In this document: positions 22,950 through 36,602 of the stretch, in pieces | Layout of the letters: each line of letters starts with the position of its first letter | Numbering within the stretch: the stretch's first letter is position 1 | Source of the DNA: Trichodelitschia bisporula | Lineage: Eukaryota | DNA: 64,000 nucleotides | Assembly (NCBI GenBank): GCA_010356995.1 | Contig: ML996705.1 | Span: 124,001-188,000 of the forward strand | Direction of reading: 5' to 3' | Program-made: the position numbers and the translations under genes | Notes under the pieces: model-generated | The model's input: the letters and a program-made list of their open reading frames with translations, nothing else | Databases searched by the model: none | What the model was told of the DNA's origin: nothing

Positions 22950-23773
22950 CGTGGCTGCCTGTTTTGCAGAACTAGTGGGTGGGGGGGAAGCTTCGATCTG
23001 GGGGCGGATGCTAGCCCGGTGGACGGAGCTAAGCCTGGGTGCAGGGCCGGGGGTTGGGGGGGGTACGACGATGTGTACTTTGGTGTTACGAGGACACGGG
23101 GAGAGGTTGCGAATGGGTATTTGTATCCCGTGGGTATGGAGGTTGAGAAGGGAGGTTGTGTCGTCCCGCGTCCAAGTTCCAAGTCATCATGGCGTTTTTC
23201 CGCCCGCTGGGCGCGCGCAAACACGTCGGCCTTAGGGCGGCGAACATGTGATTGCCTGGGAACGTGCAGTGTCTCGCATGTGCAGTGGTGACGGCCAAGA
23301 AGTGATATAGTTCGGCGCTGCAAAGGCAGATAGAACGTCAAAATCCCGGCAACAAGTCCCCTCCAGAAGCATTCCAGAAGAAATAGAGTAGTCATAGTCG
23401 TAACTATTAAAGCGTAGTTTGCCCGTCCACCGCCTTGCAGCGATCTCGCCCCCCGGTCATCGCGACCCCATCCCAAGACACCTGCTTATCGATAATCACC
23501 CCGCCAACGCCTCCTGTTTGAACCCTCACCACCACCACTCCAACATCCATCCATCATCGCCCGCTACCCACACCACATCCCTACCATCACTTCGACCCCA
23601 GCAGCAGCAGCAGCGCAGCAGCAGCGCAGCGTACCCCACAACTGCTATCACGGTCACGGATTCTCACTACCATCGCTGCCACCTCAGCGCATCCTCCTCT
23701 CCCGCATCTCCTCTCCCGCATCTCCTCTCCTCTACTCCTCCCCATCCCCCTCACCTCCACATCCAACGCCAAA

Positions 23774-24755
23774 ATGGAATCCCTCCTAACCCTCGCCTTC
23801 GACAACCTCTCCTCCCCTACAACAACCAAAATCCGCAAAGGCCTGCGCCAAATCGAAGGCCTCCTCGCGCAAATCTGCCTCTCCCCCACCCCCCAAAACG
23901 CACCTGCGGGACACGCCCGCCGCGCCAGCGTCCTCCCAACACCCACCCCCTCCTCCACCCAACTCACCCAGCATAAACCCCTCTCCGCCCTCCCCACCGA
24001 CCCCGCCTTCGCCGAATTCTTCCGCCTCCAAGAATCCTTCGAGTGGAACGGTACGTCCCCCCCCTACCCCACCCCCTTACAACCCCATTAGTCACTAACA
24101 CCCCACAGTCGCAACCCGTCTAACAACAACCCTAACAACCCTCCTATCCCACCCCCCCACCCCGGCCCTAGACTCCACCCTCCACAGCACATTATCCCTC
24201 CTCCAAGGCACGCTCCTCCTCCACCCGCCGTCCCGCACCCTCTTCGCCCGCGAACCGCCCATGACAGCCCTCCTCGACCTCCTCGACCCCGTCGCCTCGC
24301 CCGACGTACAAGGCGCCGCGCTCCTCGCCCTAGTCTCCGCATTGCTAGGCACGCCTAGGGCGGCACGCACGTTCGAAGCCGCAGACGGGCTGAGGACGGT
24401 GGCCGCGCTGTTCCGGCGCCCGGGGACGGAGAGGGCGGTGAAGGTGCGCGTCGTCGAGTTTTTGTACTTCTACCTCATGGAGGAGACGCCCGCGACGGAA
24501 GGAGCGGCGGTCGGAGCAGGCGGGATAGGGAGTGCAGAGGGAGATGGGAAGAAGGGGGAGGGTAGCGGGAAGGGAAGCGGGAAGAGCGAGGAGGGGAAGA
24601 GTGTGCACACGCGGTCTACGGCTGAGAAACAGCGCCTGCTGGCGCGGTATATGAGTAATGTGGAAGATTTGGTGCAGGATTTGAGGGAGAGTGCGTTTGG
24701 GGGGGTTGGTGCTCCTCCCGCTGCTGGAGCTGGGGGGGTGGAGGTTGGGCGGTAG
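23774..24755 (+). CDS. cdc14: Cell division control protein 14, septation-initiation-network component (not the Cdc14 phosphatase)
   Basis: MESLLTLAFDNLSS..KIRKGLRQIEGLLAQICLS; EFFRLQESFEWN|VATRL across intron 24051-24108; RTFEAADGL and EFLYFYL. Confidence 0.85.
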
Positions 24756-25190
24756 GGGACGACTATCCGAAGAGTTTGGACAACGTTACGGCCGACTCTC
24801 CGAAAAGAGGTTGGGATTGCCGACGACGAGCCGAGATGAGTATCGATCATCACGACGAGGAGCAGAGACGTAGGGGTTTTTATTTCACTTCACAGCGCGG
24901 CGTTACGGGTCCCATCGACCAGCACAGAGAGTTTGGAGTCACATTCAGCGGGGATCGGGCATTCGCACGGCGTCAAACAACAGCAGTGAGCATACATGGA
25001 AAGGAGTCGGGAGTTTTGACGAACATGAACATATCGCACGGGAGGGAGGAACCTGTACTTGTACGATCAGAAGGCCTTTCCATTTCAAAGAGCCATTTTT
25101 GACAGCCTCGTTACTCGTTCTAACCCGTGTCCGGCAAAATTAGCTGCCAAACACTCCAAGCCTACCGCCGCCTTAAAACAGATTCGTCGT

Positions 25191-27514
25191 CTAGATCAGC
25201 TGCTGAAACGCCCGGTTCACAGGCGACCGCAGCGGCTTGACGTCCTTGTAGAAGTTGACCGTCGCGACAGCGCGCTTGGCGATGCCCTCAGGGGTGAACT
25301 CGAATTTCTATCTTGCATTAGCCCTCATCCCTTACAGCACACACGCAAAAACATACCTTGTATACCTCCTTGTACGGCCCACTGGCACCGAACCGGTTCA
25401 GGCCAAACTGCTCATGGCTGTACTTCTCCCACCCAAGCGTCGACAAAACCTCAACGCTCATGATAGGGATGCCATCCGGCAGCACCTTGAGCTTGTACTC
25501 CTTGTCCTGCGCGTCAAACACCTCCCAGCACGGAAGAGACACGACACGGGCCTTGAGGCCCTGGTCCGCGAGCGTCTTGACCGACTCGAGGCAGAGCGAC
25601 ACCTCGCTACCCGTCGAGACGAGCGTAACTGCAGCCTCCTTGTCCTCGAGCGCAACGTACCCACCGCGGATAGCGCCCTCAATGCTCGAGTTCTCCAGCT
25701 GAGGCAAGTTCTGGCGGGTCAGCGCCAGGAGCGACGGCGTGGTCCGGCTCGTCAGCGCCATGTAGTAGGCGGCCGAGGTCTCGTTCCCGTCAGCCGGGCG
25801 CCACACCATGAAGTTCGGCAGCGCGCGGAAGTGCGCCAGCGTTTCGATCGGCTGGTGGGTCGGGCCGTCCTCGCCGAGCCCGATGGAGTCGTGGGTCGCG
25901 ACGTAGATGACGCGCTGGTGGGAGAGCGCCGAGAGACGCACCGCGCCCGCGGCGTACGACACGAAGTTAAGGAAAGTACCGCCCGCGGGGATGTGGATGC
26001 CGTAGGCCGAAATGCCGTTCATCACCGCCGCCATGGCGTGCTCGCGCACGCCGTACCGCATATAGCGCCCGGACCAGTCGCCCAGCTTCGTGCTCGGGGG
26101 CTGGAAGTCAACTGCCTTCTTCCAGCGCGTGTTGTTAGAGCCCGTCAGGTCGGCAGAGCCGGACAGAAGCTCGGGAACAACGTCGTGAATGGCCTCGAGG
26201 ACAGCCTCCGATAGCTTACGCGACGCCTGGGCGGAGTCGCTCGGCTTGTACGTCGGCAGCGCCTTCTGCCAGCCCTCGGGAAGGTCGCGCTTCATACGGC
26301 GCACTAGCTCGGCGTGCTCCTTGGGGTGCTCCTTGCCGTACTTCTCAAACAGCTGGTTCCACTCCTGCTCCGCTGCGGCGCCATCGGATGCGTGCTTGTT
26401 GTACAGGTCGTACACCTCCTGCGGTACGACGAACGTCTTGTTCGGGTCGAAGCCGAACTTCTCCTTGACTTGCTGCACATCGTCAGCCTTAAGCGGGTTG
26501 CCATGCACGCCCCCGGTGCCCTGCAGCTTGGAGCCAAAGCCAATGGTGGTGGTGAGCTTGATGACGGACGGCTTGTCGGTGACGGCGCGCGCAGCCGCGA
26601 TGGCCTTCTCGATGGCCTCGAGGTCAGTGTCGCCGTGCTCGACCCACTGCGTGTGCCAGCCGTAGGCCTCAAAACGCTTGAGCACGTCCTCGGTGAATGC
26701 GCACGCGGTGTCACCGTCTGCTGAGGTTAGAAAAATGGGCACATGAAGACGGGAAACGCACCGATCGAGATGTGGTTGTCGTCATAGATGGCAATCAGGT
26801 TCCCGAGCTGCAGATGGCCCGCCATGCTGGCGGCCTCGCTGGCAATACCCTCCATGGCGCAGCCGTCGCCGAAAAAGGCGTACGTGTGGTTGTTCAGCAG
26901 CTCGAAGCCGGGCTTGTTGAACACAGCGCCACCCTGCCTCTGCGCAATGGCCAGGCCGACGGCGTTGGCGATACCCTGGCCGAGCGGGCCGGTAGTAACC
27001 TCAATGCCGGGCGTGTCGTGCGCCTCGGGGTGGCCGGGCGTGATGCTGTCCACTTGGCGGAAGTTCTTGAGGTCGTCCAGGGAGACAGCGTAGCCGAATA
27101 GGTGGAGAAGAGCTGCGAAGTCAGATTTACATGCATCAGCACAACGAACATTGCTCACCATAGTGCAACATGCAGCCGTGACCGTTACTGCCACAGCGTC
27201 AGTCCGGTGCATCCCGCCACTCCTATCACAGCGCTTACGAAAGCACAAAGCGGTCGCGGTTCAGCCACTCTGGGTTCTTGGGGTTGAAGGTCATGAAACG
27301 ATTGAACAGGACGTGGGCTACCGGTGCCATGCCCATGGGCGCGCCGGGGTGCCCGGAGTTGGCCTGGAAGGTGGCATCGACCTGGTGGTTGCTTTGTTAG
27401 CCCATCTTCTTCTATCGTGAAAAGTGAGAGTGAGGGGTAAGTGCGGGGTAGTTGACTCACGGCGAGTGTGCGAATGGTGTTGATAGCGAGCTCGTCGACC
27501 TTGTCGTAACCCAT
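25191..27514 (-). CDS. TKL1: Transketolase
   Basis: [51 protein letters not shown] (TPP motif), YGVREHAM and [18 protein letters not shown]. Several short introns; stop at 25191-25193. Confidence 0.97.
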
Positions 27515-30500
27515 GATGGCGGTTGGGAAGATTATGTGAGGGATAGAGAGAAAGGGCGGGTGTGTAGGAGGGGAAGAGCAGGATTGTTGGAGATGGGGTG
27601 GGATAGATAGCGAAGAGGAGGGGGTGGCGCGAAGAAGTATCTGCCGCTCGGTGACGTGGGGATGATTGGGACACTAAGCGGATGGGCCAATGGATTGGCG
27701 GGGTAAGGGTTCGTGTGGGCAGGGGGTCCATATCCCTTTTGCACGCTTTTTGCCTGGCCTTGACTGGTTTGCTTGCACGGGAGCGAATTGCCTGTCGTCT
27801 GGCGCAGCTCGGTAAGCAGCGCGCGCTGCACAGGAGTTTGCTTACCCAGAGTTGGTCAACCTTGTCTTGTTGAGGGATCGGTGCTATGGGCGATGCTGAG
27901 GCAACGGTTATTTAGTGGGGGCAGAAGTCGTGAGGTTTGTTGAGAGGATGTGAGGGTCGAGGGGTGGTGGGGGTGAGGGGTACCGTAATGGAGGGGCTGA
28001 GCCGGAAGTGACGTCCTTCAAGATACAACCAACGTCCGCCACATCTGGTAGCGGTTCATGTATCCTCACCAGCCCTACAACCCATGCCTATCTGTGGAAT
28101 CTCGAGGGTTAGGGTACAGCATGGAGGCTCGGCCAGGCCAATGGATAGAATATGCGGCTGAAGGAGACGCTAGAATGCCCAGCGTTGACAGGCATGACTG
28201 CCAAACTGCGAGGCTTAAGACAAGATGCTGACTTCAGGTTGACTCAGATGGGGTTTGATGATACTGCTATTAGATACCTATCCACATGTACATGGTCTGC
28301 CCTGGAGACTGCATCTCCGCCGACAGAACTCGACATCAGAAGTTTAAAAGGGGGCCCGTGAAGATGCAGTGTTGGAGCAGCAGAACTGTTACACGGCCCG
28401 TATGCAACAAAGGTTAGTCGACATTCATGGTCTCCGTCCGGTAGCAGGTGAGGTCCGACATGGGAGGTTCTAATGAAGTGAAGGAGATGAAGCACGAAGA
28501 CATCAACCGTACTGCGTAAAGGTAGAATGGATCTGAACGGATTGCTGCGCTCTACAGCTCACAGAGAGCGTCTCCAGTCCGCTGCGAGTTATCAGTCTTT
28601 GTACAAAGGCAGTGTGTTCGAAGCTCCAAGGGCGTAGCACGTCGCTCGAGCGAGATCAATCGCTTAAAGGAGTCGCAGTCGCGCGGGAGTTCCCAGTCGC
28701 GCGGCTGACCCCACATGACGTGCAAGACCAGGATTGGGACGTCATCGTCAGGGGAAGAGAGGTTGCCCATGACTAAAGTTGCCGAAGATCCATGAGGGAT
28801 AAACCATAATATTGCGATCCGCAAGACAAGAATAGCGACCATGGCGAGGTGAGACGAGCCGGCGTCCTCGGCTGGCGATCCGTGAGGATAAAATCTGCCG
28901 TCAGTACTCTATGCCGAACAGGCCATAGCCTACCTAACCGTGGGCGTACATGATCCCGAACCGCAGTCTGTCGTCAGCATCCCAGGTCGAAGGATGGCAA
29001 CTTTTCAGAGACAAAACCGCGGCCCAGCTCGTGGCAAAACAACCTCCAACGCTCTGACCAGCCCAATCTTCGAGAAAGCCTTCCTTCGCGTTAATTTGGG
29101 CATCGAAGAAGCCCCCCGACGTCTGGAAAACTGCCGAAATGAGCCGCGCTCAAAAGAAAACCCGCCCCAAGCCCAAAGAGGCAAGACACAACTCTAAAAC
29201 GTCGCCAGCTCGTCAGACATCATTAGGACAAACCTAGGTCGTTCGGCAACTCGCATTCCAAGGAACAAGATCGCAGAGAACAATGAATTCCCCACAGCCC
29301 TATTACCGCTTGTGAGCAGATTCGCGGGGTACGAACGCTTTGGTGTTCCCCGCCCGGGCGCCTGCCGTCTCCTGGTGGTCGGGACGGCGAGCCGCGGCGC
29401 TGGACATCATAACGCAAGCCCTACCGCAGCGGCACGACGGGAAGTGGGCGGGCCCTTGCGGTGTGCATTTGCTCGTGTTGCCTGGACGAGGCACGGACGG
29501 AGGGGGAGGGGGAGGGGTAGCCAGAAATTGAGCAAAATGAGGGGGCGGGGAGCGGTGGACAGCAGAAAAAAAAGTTGAAGTTCAACAGCGTCGACAGCGT
29601 CAACAGAAGGCAACAATACGATCGCTGGATAAAGGGCTGCAGAACCCAGGGCCAATGGGATGAGTGCCGCAACGGTTCGGACTGGCGGTGACCACACCGA
29701 TGTTTTGTGCTGCCGCGTTTGCTTCTTCGTTTCGCCTCTCGTCAACGAACCAAGAGTTGAACAAACGGCGGAATTGGTGGTGCGCTGCGACTGCTCAGGA
29801 CAAGCCGGATGGCGGTCCGCCGCACTTGTGGCGCGCGCGCGGCGTGGATGGGCTTGAGTTGGCGACGCCGCGACGCTCCGCCAGCGGGCCAGCGACCACC
29901 GCCGAGCTGGGTGGGCTGGTCCCGGACGATTGGACGGCGCGCGTTATTTCCCACCAGCCATTTCTTTTTTTGAGGGGGGGGGGCACGAGAGGGGTTTGAG
30001 TGGGTTTGGGGTTGTGGAGGGGTAACAACCTGGGAGAGGAGGGGAGGGGATGGTGAGGGGTAGATGATCTTTTTTTTCTCAGGACGAAAGTGGACAAGAG
30101 TGAAACTGTGATTGTTCGTCTTGCCTGCACTTGGATGTCGAGTGTTTTGTTGGTTGGCGGGGTGAGTTGTCGACGTGGGGTTGTCAGGGGCCTCAAAAGC
30201 AACGCGAATCAAGCGCGAATCGTGGCGGCGTCCTGGGATGATTTTCTGGAGGGAAGGGGTGAGGAAGGGGAAAAAAACCCACGAACTTGCGGGTGATGCG
30301 CCATGTGCAGAAAACGATATGGGCCAACGAACCGATTTCGAGCCAGAGACCGTCGATGATGCAGAGGCCGACAACACGGATGATGCGGGAGTAAAAGTTG
30401 ACAACATGCCCCGCCAGCCAACTATCGCCGGAGAAAGGCCGAGTTGGAAGCGGCAAGTGGAGATGGAGGAGCCAGCGGTGTTTGGGATCGCCGCCAAGTG

Positions 30501-31527
30501 TGGCTTGAGAGGGAGTGGAGGCGTGGAGGGGTGTGTGGAGGGGTGTGTGGAGGTGGAGGGGTGGACGACGGACGGGAAGACTTGAAGACATGGGGAGCAT
30601 CAAGTGTGTGCTCTGCGACTTGATGATGTACTTGACACTTTCTCGGCAAGCGCAGCGACGTGGCATTGATTCGAACTACGTGCGTATGTACCGTACATGT
30701 ACATCCGTACTCCCAGTTGCATCGCCAACGGCAGTGGTCGTCGTTCATCGCCCTGCTAGCGCCCACTGGCAGCTGGCCATGGTCGAGTATCGGTGAGGCC
30801 GTGCAGCACACGTCCCGTTCTGGCGCTCGATTCCGACGGGCGTCGCCACGTGAGCAGTGGGAAGGAGTCTGGCATGTTCATGCTCTAGACACAGGGATGA
30901 GGGTATGAGGATGGGGGGCGAGAGAAGTTAAGAAGGCGACGATGTGATGATGCGACGATGCGACGATGCGACGATGCGACGATGATGTCGTGCCCAGGAG
31001 GGACGCTTGCTGCATGGCAACGAAGAGGGCAAACAAGCGAGAAAAGTGAGCAAAGCAAGCAAAGCAGCACAAAGCAAACGCACAGTCCAGGGAAGGTGAG
31101 GCTGAGACTACCCCGCTTTAGTCCAGAGTCGACCGTCTTAAGAGTGTTCCCCGCAGCAGACACATGATTTGCTTTTCGAGACAAGTTGCACGGGGCCAAT
31201 TGCTCGCCTTCTCTATTGCCTTCAGCCAATCGGTGAGGGTTCCTAGAGGAGGTGTAAACCGAACCTTACAAGGCGGGGTCCGAATACGGGCTATTTCGTC
31301 CAATCCCCCTCCACACTAAAGCCAAAGAGGGTTTAGCGGCCACAGTTGTTAGCCAAGCAAGCGAAAGGACACAGACCCCTCTCTTCCTCTTTTCGCTCCC
31401 CCTCCCCCTCCTCTCCCCCCTCTTCTCCTCCCACTTCACCAGCAGCGCCCAGCCAACCCACCCACCTTCGTTGCCAGGCATTTCCCCTCCTTGCCCTTGA
31501 GTGCTGCTCCCCCCCCTCCCTCCCCCC

Positions 31528-31677
31528 NNNNNNNNNNNNNNNNNNNNNNNNNNNNNNNNNNNNNNNNNNNNNNNNNNNNNNNNNNNNNNNNNNNNNNNNN
31601 NNNNNNNNNNNNNNNNNNNNNNNNNNNNNNNNNNNNNNNNNNNNNNNNNNNNNNNNNNNNNNNNNNNNNNNNNNNNN
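31528..31677. other. Assembly gap (150 N)
   Basis: Run of N following a poly-C tract. Confidence 1.
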
Positions 31678-32001
31678 TCACTTTTGTCCACGTTCCCACC
31701 TTTTCCCAAACTTCCCCTCCCATCATCATCATCGTCATCGTCTTCCATCCCCGAACCCTTTCATCTCTCGGCTTTTGGATCCAGCTGGCATCTACGCTTT
31801 CTCCCACACTACACCATCACCACCCGACTCGAGGCTTGCTGGTCTCTAGTCGCGTCGCTCACTCACGTCCCTAGTAAATGCTTACGACTCGGAATGCAAC
31901 ACCGTCACATCACTCATCGCCCCCGCATTAACCACCGTCTACCGTCCGCGCGTCGTGCTGCATCAGCTTGAACGCATCCTCACCGTTCTCGTTCATCATC
32001 A

Positions 32002-34633
32002 ATGCCCGCTGTCGCAGTCATGCCCGCCTCCGCATCACCTTCATCATCAACTCGCAAGAGCTCTGGTGTGCCTGAGAAGAAATACAAATGCCAGTTCTGC
32101 GCGCGCGCCTTCAGTCGCAGCGAACATCGGTCGCGCCATGAGCGCTCACGTAGGTGGCCCTTTAGTTCTACTCCGCGTGTCTGCACGTCTCGAGACTACT
32201 TGTCTCTTTACTGCAGCCCGCACCCCTCACTTCGTACCATCTCTAACCCCTCCAGACACCAAGGAACGTCCCTTCAAGTGTGCAAAGTGCCGTAGCACCT
32301 TCGTCCGTCGCGATTTGCTCCTCCGTCACGACCGTACAGTGCACAAAGATGGCGGCGCGCCCCTACACAGCGAGACCAAGCGCCGCCCTGCGGCAAAGAC
32401 CGCGGCCGAGAAGCAACAAGCCATCGACACGGCGACGCTGGAGCAAATAGAAACGGCGAGCGATGGAATGGTCGATCTCGAGACGGCAGCGATGCTGATG
32501 ACGGACTTCCACCACAAGGCCATGGCGAGCCAAGAGCCTGAATCCATCCCTGATGAACAGGATGTGCCCTCTGTGAACGGTCCATCATTGATGGAGCCCG
32601 TCGGCTACACATCAGGCGCGGTGTCACTCCCCCAGATGCCGTGGGATTCGCTCGTTTCACACTCGGAACCGCGCTCACACTCCATCGCGTCGAGTGGCGG
32701 CCCCTCGTCGCATCCGCATCAACTACCACCCATCATGGACCGCCAGATGTCGGGCAGCGACAGCCTAATGCCGTCGTTCCAGTCGTTGCATAGCACGCTC
32801 TCCGTCTCTGACATGGCTGGAACACCGGGCGCGCTCTCGCCTTACCCGAACATGCTCGGCCCTGTGTCGCCCGTCGACTACCGTCGCTCGCCCGGCCCCT
32901 CTCAGGCGCTTACCATGGCGAAGTCACCGCAGATCGAGAGCGAAGAGCAGGTGCAGATGATCTGCAACAATATCACCGACGCCGATGGCGAGGTCGCGCT
33001 GCTCGAGACGTTCCGCTTACCGAACATGGCCGTGCTGAACCGCTACCTCTCGACTTACTTTAATCTGTTTCATCACCACTTGCCGTTCTTGCATCCCGCT
33101 TCGTTCGATCCCACAGAGACGGCGGCTCCGCTTCTGCTTGCCGTCCTGTCGATCGGCGCGCTTTACACCTTCGAGCAGGAGCAGGCGTACATGCTGCACA
33201 TTGGATCCAAGGTGCTAGTGAACCAGTTCCTGCAGAACAAGGCCAACTTCAGCTCGCGTAAATGCCCGCTGTGGGCGATGCAAAGCACGCTGCTCAACAT
33301 GATCTTTGCGAGCTGGAGCGGTGATGCCAAGGGCCTGGAATGGGCGTGCTCGATCAAGAGCTTATTAGCGAATGTAGGTTTTGTGCTGGTTTTTTTTTTT
33401 TTTTTTTTTTTCCGTATTTGACCGTGTGCTAATATCAGTAGATGGTCGCTGGTAACCGCTACGAGCTGAAGAACCGCACTGAGGCTCGCGAGGGCATGCA
33501 CCCCAGCCACGAGGAGTGGATTGAAGATGAGGGCTGCCGGCGCACCTACTACGCTGTCTACATCTTCTTCGGGCTCATGACACTCACCTACAACCACACG
33601 CCGGCCATCAGCTTCAACGAGTTTGACAACCTGGAACTGCCGTCGTCCGAATCGCTCTGGAACCTCGAGGCGGCGGACGAGGAGTCGTGGCGCGAGAGCC
33701 TAGCAGCATCAATGATCATCACCTTCCGGGAGGCGCACGACGCCCTCTTCCAGGGCGAGTGCGCACGGTACAGCGCCTTTGCGACGCGTGTGATGATCAA
33801 CGCCCTCTTCCTCGAGGTGTGGTATCACAAGCGCAGTCCCGAGGCACTGCAAGACGTGGTGACGGAGTACAAGCTGCGCCTCGCGCTCGAGACGTGGGAG
33901 AAGTCACTGCAGATCTGCGAGCCGGAGACGGTGGTTGTGCAGCTCAGTGCGCCGCACAAGGGCCACCCGCTCATCTTCAATGCCATGGCGCTCTATCGCA
34001 ATACACGCGCCCGGCTACTCGTCGACCTCAAGTCGGTGCAGGAAGCTCTGCGGTACCACGACTCGTACGAAGTTGCGGCGGCGATGACGAACGCCCGTGA
34101 CAAGGTCAAGCGCTCGCAAGAGATGATCAAGGTGATCCAGGAATGCTTCGACTGCATTGAAGTTGCGGCCGTGCAGGGCATCCGGTGGGTCGCACGCACC
34201 TCGGCGACGAACTGGAGTGTCGAGCATCCGCTCTGTGGCATGGACCTGATGGTGATCCTTACTCTCTGGCTTTACGCTCTTGAGCACGACGAGGAGCCGA
34301 CCGATGAGGAGATGGCCATGTACAACAAGCTCCGTGCGCTCTTCGATGACGACTCGGTGGACGTGTACGGCGCGAAGCTGTCGTCGACGGTGGCGCGGTT
34401 ATGGGGAAGCATGATTGATGAGGTTGTCGTGTGGGGGTGAGTCCTTTCTCTCCATTTTTTGCGAGTTGCATATACTGACCTGTCGCAGCATCACCAAGCT
34501 CATGGGTGAGGCTTTCCGCCTGCATTCTCAGGCTCTCGTCGGCTACGAAGACGCCATGTCGTCGCGCTCCGGCTCGCCAACTCCGTCACTCACACAGCAT
34601 GTGCCCGTACTCGACATGCAAGCAGCGTACTAG
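32002..34633 (+). CDS. C2H2 zinc-finger transcription factor with a fungal-specific TF middle-homology domain
   Basis: Two C2H2 fingers (CQFC..HRSRHERSH|TKERPFKCAKC..LLRHDRTVH) and YFNLFHHHLPFLHPASF..LLLAVLSIGALY. Introns 32150-32255, 33374-33441 and 34437-34488 restore one frame. Confidence 0.9.
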
Positions 34634-35621
34634 TAATATTTTGGATACGGTACGCGGTATGGATAGCAACAGCATCAACATCTCTCCCCCTCATCGGTCC
34701 AGCATGGCGTAAATTTGGTTTACGGTTCCGTCGGCGGTGTGCATGAAAACCCTCCGGTCTGATTTTTGTTCCTGCATCTCCTTTACGTGGCTATTTCCTT
34801 TACCTCTGTGGTCATTTTCATTGCGTTCGCGGCGTGCATCATGGGTGGGGGGCAGGGGTAGGACGTGGATAGGATAGGTCGGGGCTTTGCATGTGATCGG
34901 GTCCCCTCTTACGCGTCTTTTGCTGTGCACGCATACAACACTTTGCTAATACCGGTGCGCTGAGTCTCTTTTGCTTTGTTTGCTGCTTTTTCATCGTGGC
35001 TGGCTCCGCGGCTAGGATTTGGGTATTTTCTTTGGTCGCTCGTTGTGTGTCTGGGAGGCGTGCATTTTCCTTTGATCGTCTTCGTCTTTTGGCTGGGTCT
35101 TGCGCATATACCTTTAATGCGATGCGAGTGCGACTGCCTTTGTAGGATGGGCTAAAATTGGTATTTGGGGGCCCTTGGGGGGGGGGGGGAGGAGGGGGAG
35201 TGGAAGGAGGATGTTAATTCCGTTTTCCGTTCCTGAACTTTTTCTCCCGGCCGCGAGGGGGAGCCTGAGATTGTTGGATATTGGGCCCGACCTTAGACCT
35301 GGGGCCTTTGGAGCTCTTTGTACCGCACGCGTGGTTGACAGTTGGGGGGTGGGGGGGGGGGGGCATGGGGGATTGGCTAGTACATACCCGATGCTTTCTG
35401 CGTTTTTGGTGGTGCCGCGGGGCTGTATAGATAGGCGGTAGGGGGTGAGGGGGTGTAATTGATGTGGAATTAACGCTCAATGCTGCGATGCTGTGATTTG
35501 GTGATGTGTTTGGTGATGTCGATGGGCGGCGGGGAGAGGCTTCTTGAAAAGACAGCTGACACGGCTGTACCTGACATGTGCCATCTGGACTCGGGCCTCA
35601 ATTCTGCACCGACGTCACCCT

Positions 35622-35666
35622 CCAGCCCCTCAGCCCTCAGCCCTCAGCCCTCAGCCCTCAGCCTCA
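35622..35666. repeat. (CCCTCAG)n minisatellite
   Basis: About five tandem 7-bp units. Confidence 0.8.
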
Positions 35667-36029
35667 ACCCTGCCAGGCACAAGGCACAAGGCAACGAAAT
35701 CACACACCGACGTCAACGGGGCTGCGGAGCTGGACCGCTACCGCCGACGTGCGCCAGCACCCGCTGTCCCTGCGGTCCCCCCCCCCGGCGCTGATCGGGA
35801 TGATCACGGTGCAAGCGCCGCGTTCGTTGACGCGCGGGAGATTGGCGGGCGCGTGGGTCGGGGGAAGATGTCGTCACGGGGATTTGGCGGTGGAGTCGCG
35901 CCTTCCTTTCGTTTTGATGTTGGGAAGGCCCGATGGGGTGGGAGATGGGAGATGGGTTCGGGGTGGTGGGGATGACGAGACAGCTCTCATAGCTTCACCT
36001 TCACGACACCTCTTCTTCTGTTCTTTATG

Positions 36030-36072
36030 CTACGTCCTTTTACGTCCTTTTACGTCCTTTTACGTCCTTTTA
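36030..36072. repeat. (TACGTCCTTT)4 minisatellite
   Basis: Four perfect 10-bp units. Confidence 0.85.
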
Positions 36073-36390
36073 TGCTTCGTGGTGGAAGGAAGGAAGCTGC
36101 TCGCGTGAGGTCATTGAGTTCATGGCATTGAGGTCGAGATGGATGATGCTGACGCATGAACAGCATGAAGGCATGAAGAGATGAACAGACTCGGTGTTTC
36201 ACACCTCCATCCTCACCTCACCTCACCCCCATAACCTCATCCCGCCAGTCTCAACCCGTAATCTGCCCCTCACCACTCAGGCACACGAACCAGGCCCTCC
36301 AACGTTCGCGCATCCAGGACGCCTGCGAAAGTCAGCGCCCGGCTCCTCTTGACACCCAAGGGCATGGGCGAAAAGACGATGCGCACCCCT

Positions 36391-36602
36391 CCAAAGTTGT
36401 TGCCAGCTTTTACTAAGGGTTTCGCTGATTATGAAGTACCGACTATCGGGGGGCCGCTCATCACTTTTTCGCTCAGCCTTGATCGAAGGGCTACCTGAAA
36501 AGGTTATGGCCGCGTCTCGCAAAAGTTGTAGTTGCCTCTTGGCTAACGTTCTCGTAGAGTTAGAAGCAGAAACTATCGAGGGGTGAGACTATGACTTCTT
36601 TG
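36391..36602. repeat. Two dispersed monomers of the palindromic element seen at 13.6-14.2 kb
   Basis: AAAGTTG..CTAAG..TTTCGCTG..GAAG..GACTATCGGGGG..CACTTTT at ~36391, and AAAAGTTG..GCTAAC..GAAGCAGAAACTATCGAGGGG..ATGACTT at ~36519. Confidence 0.55.
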
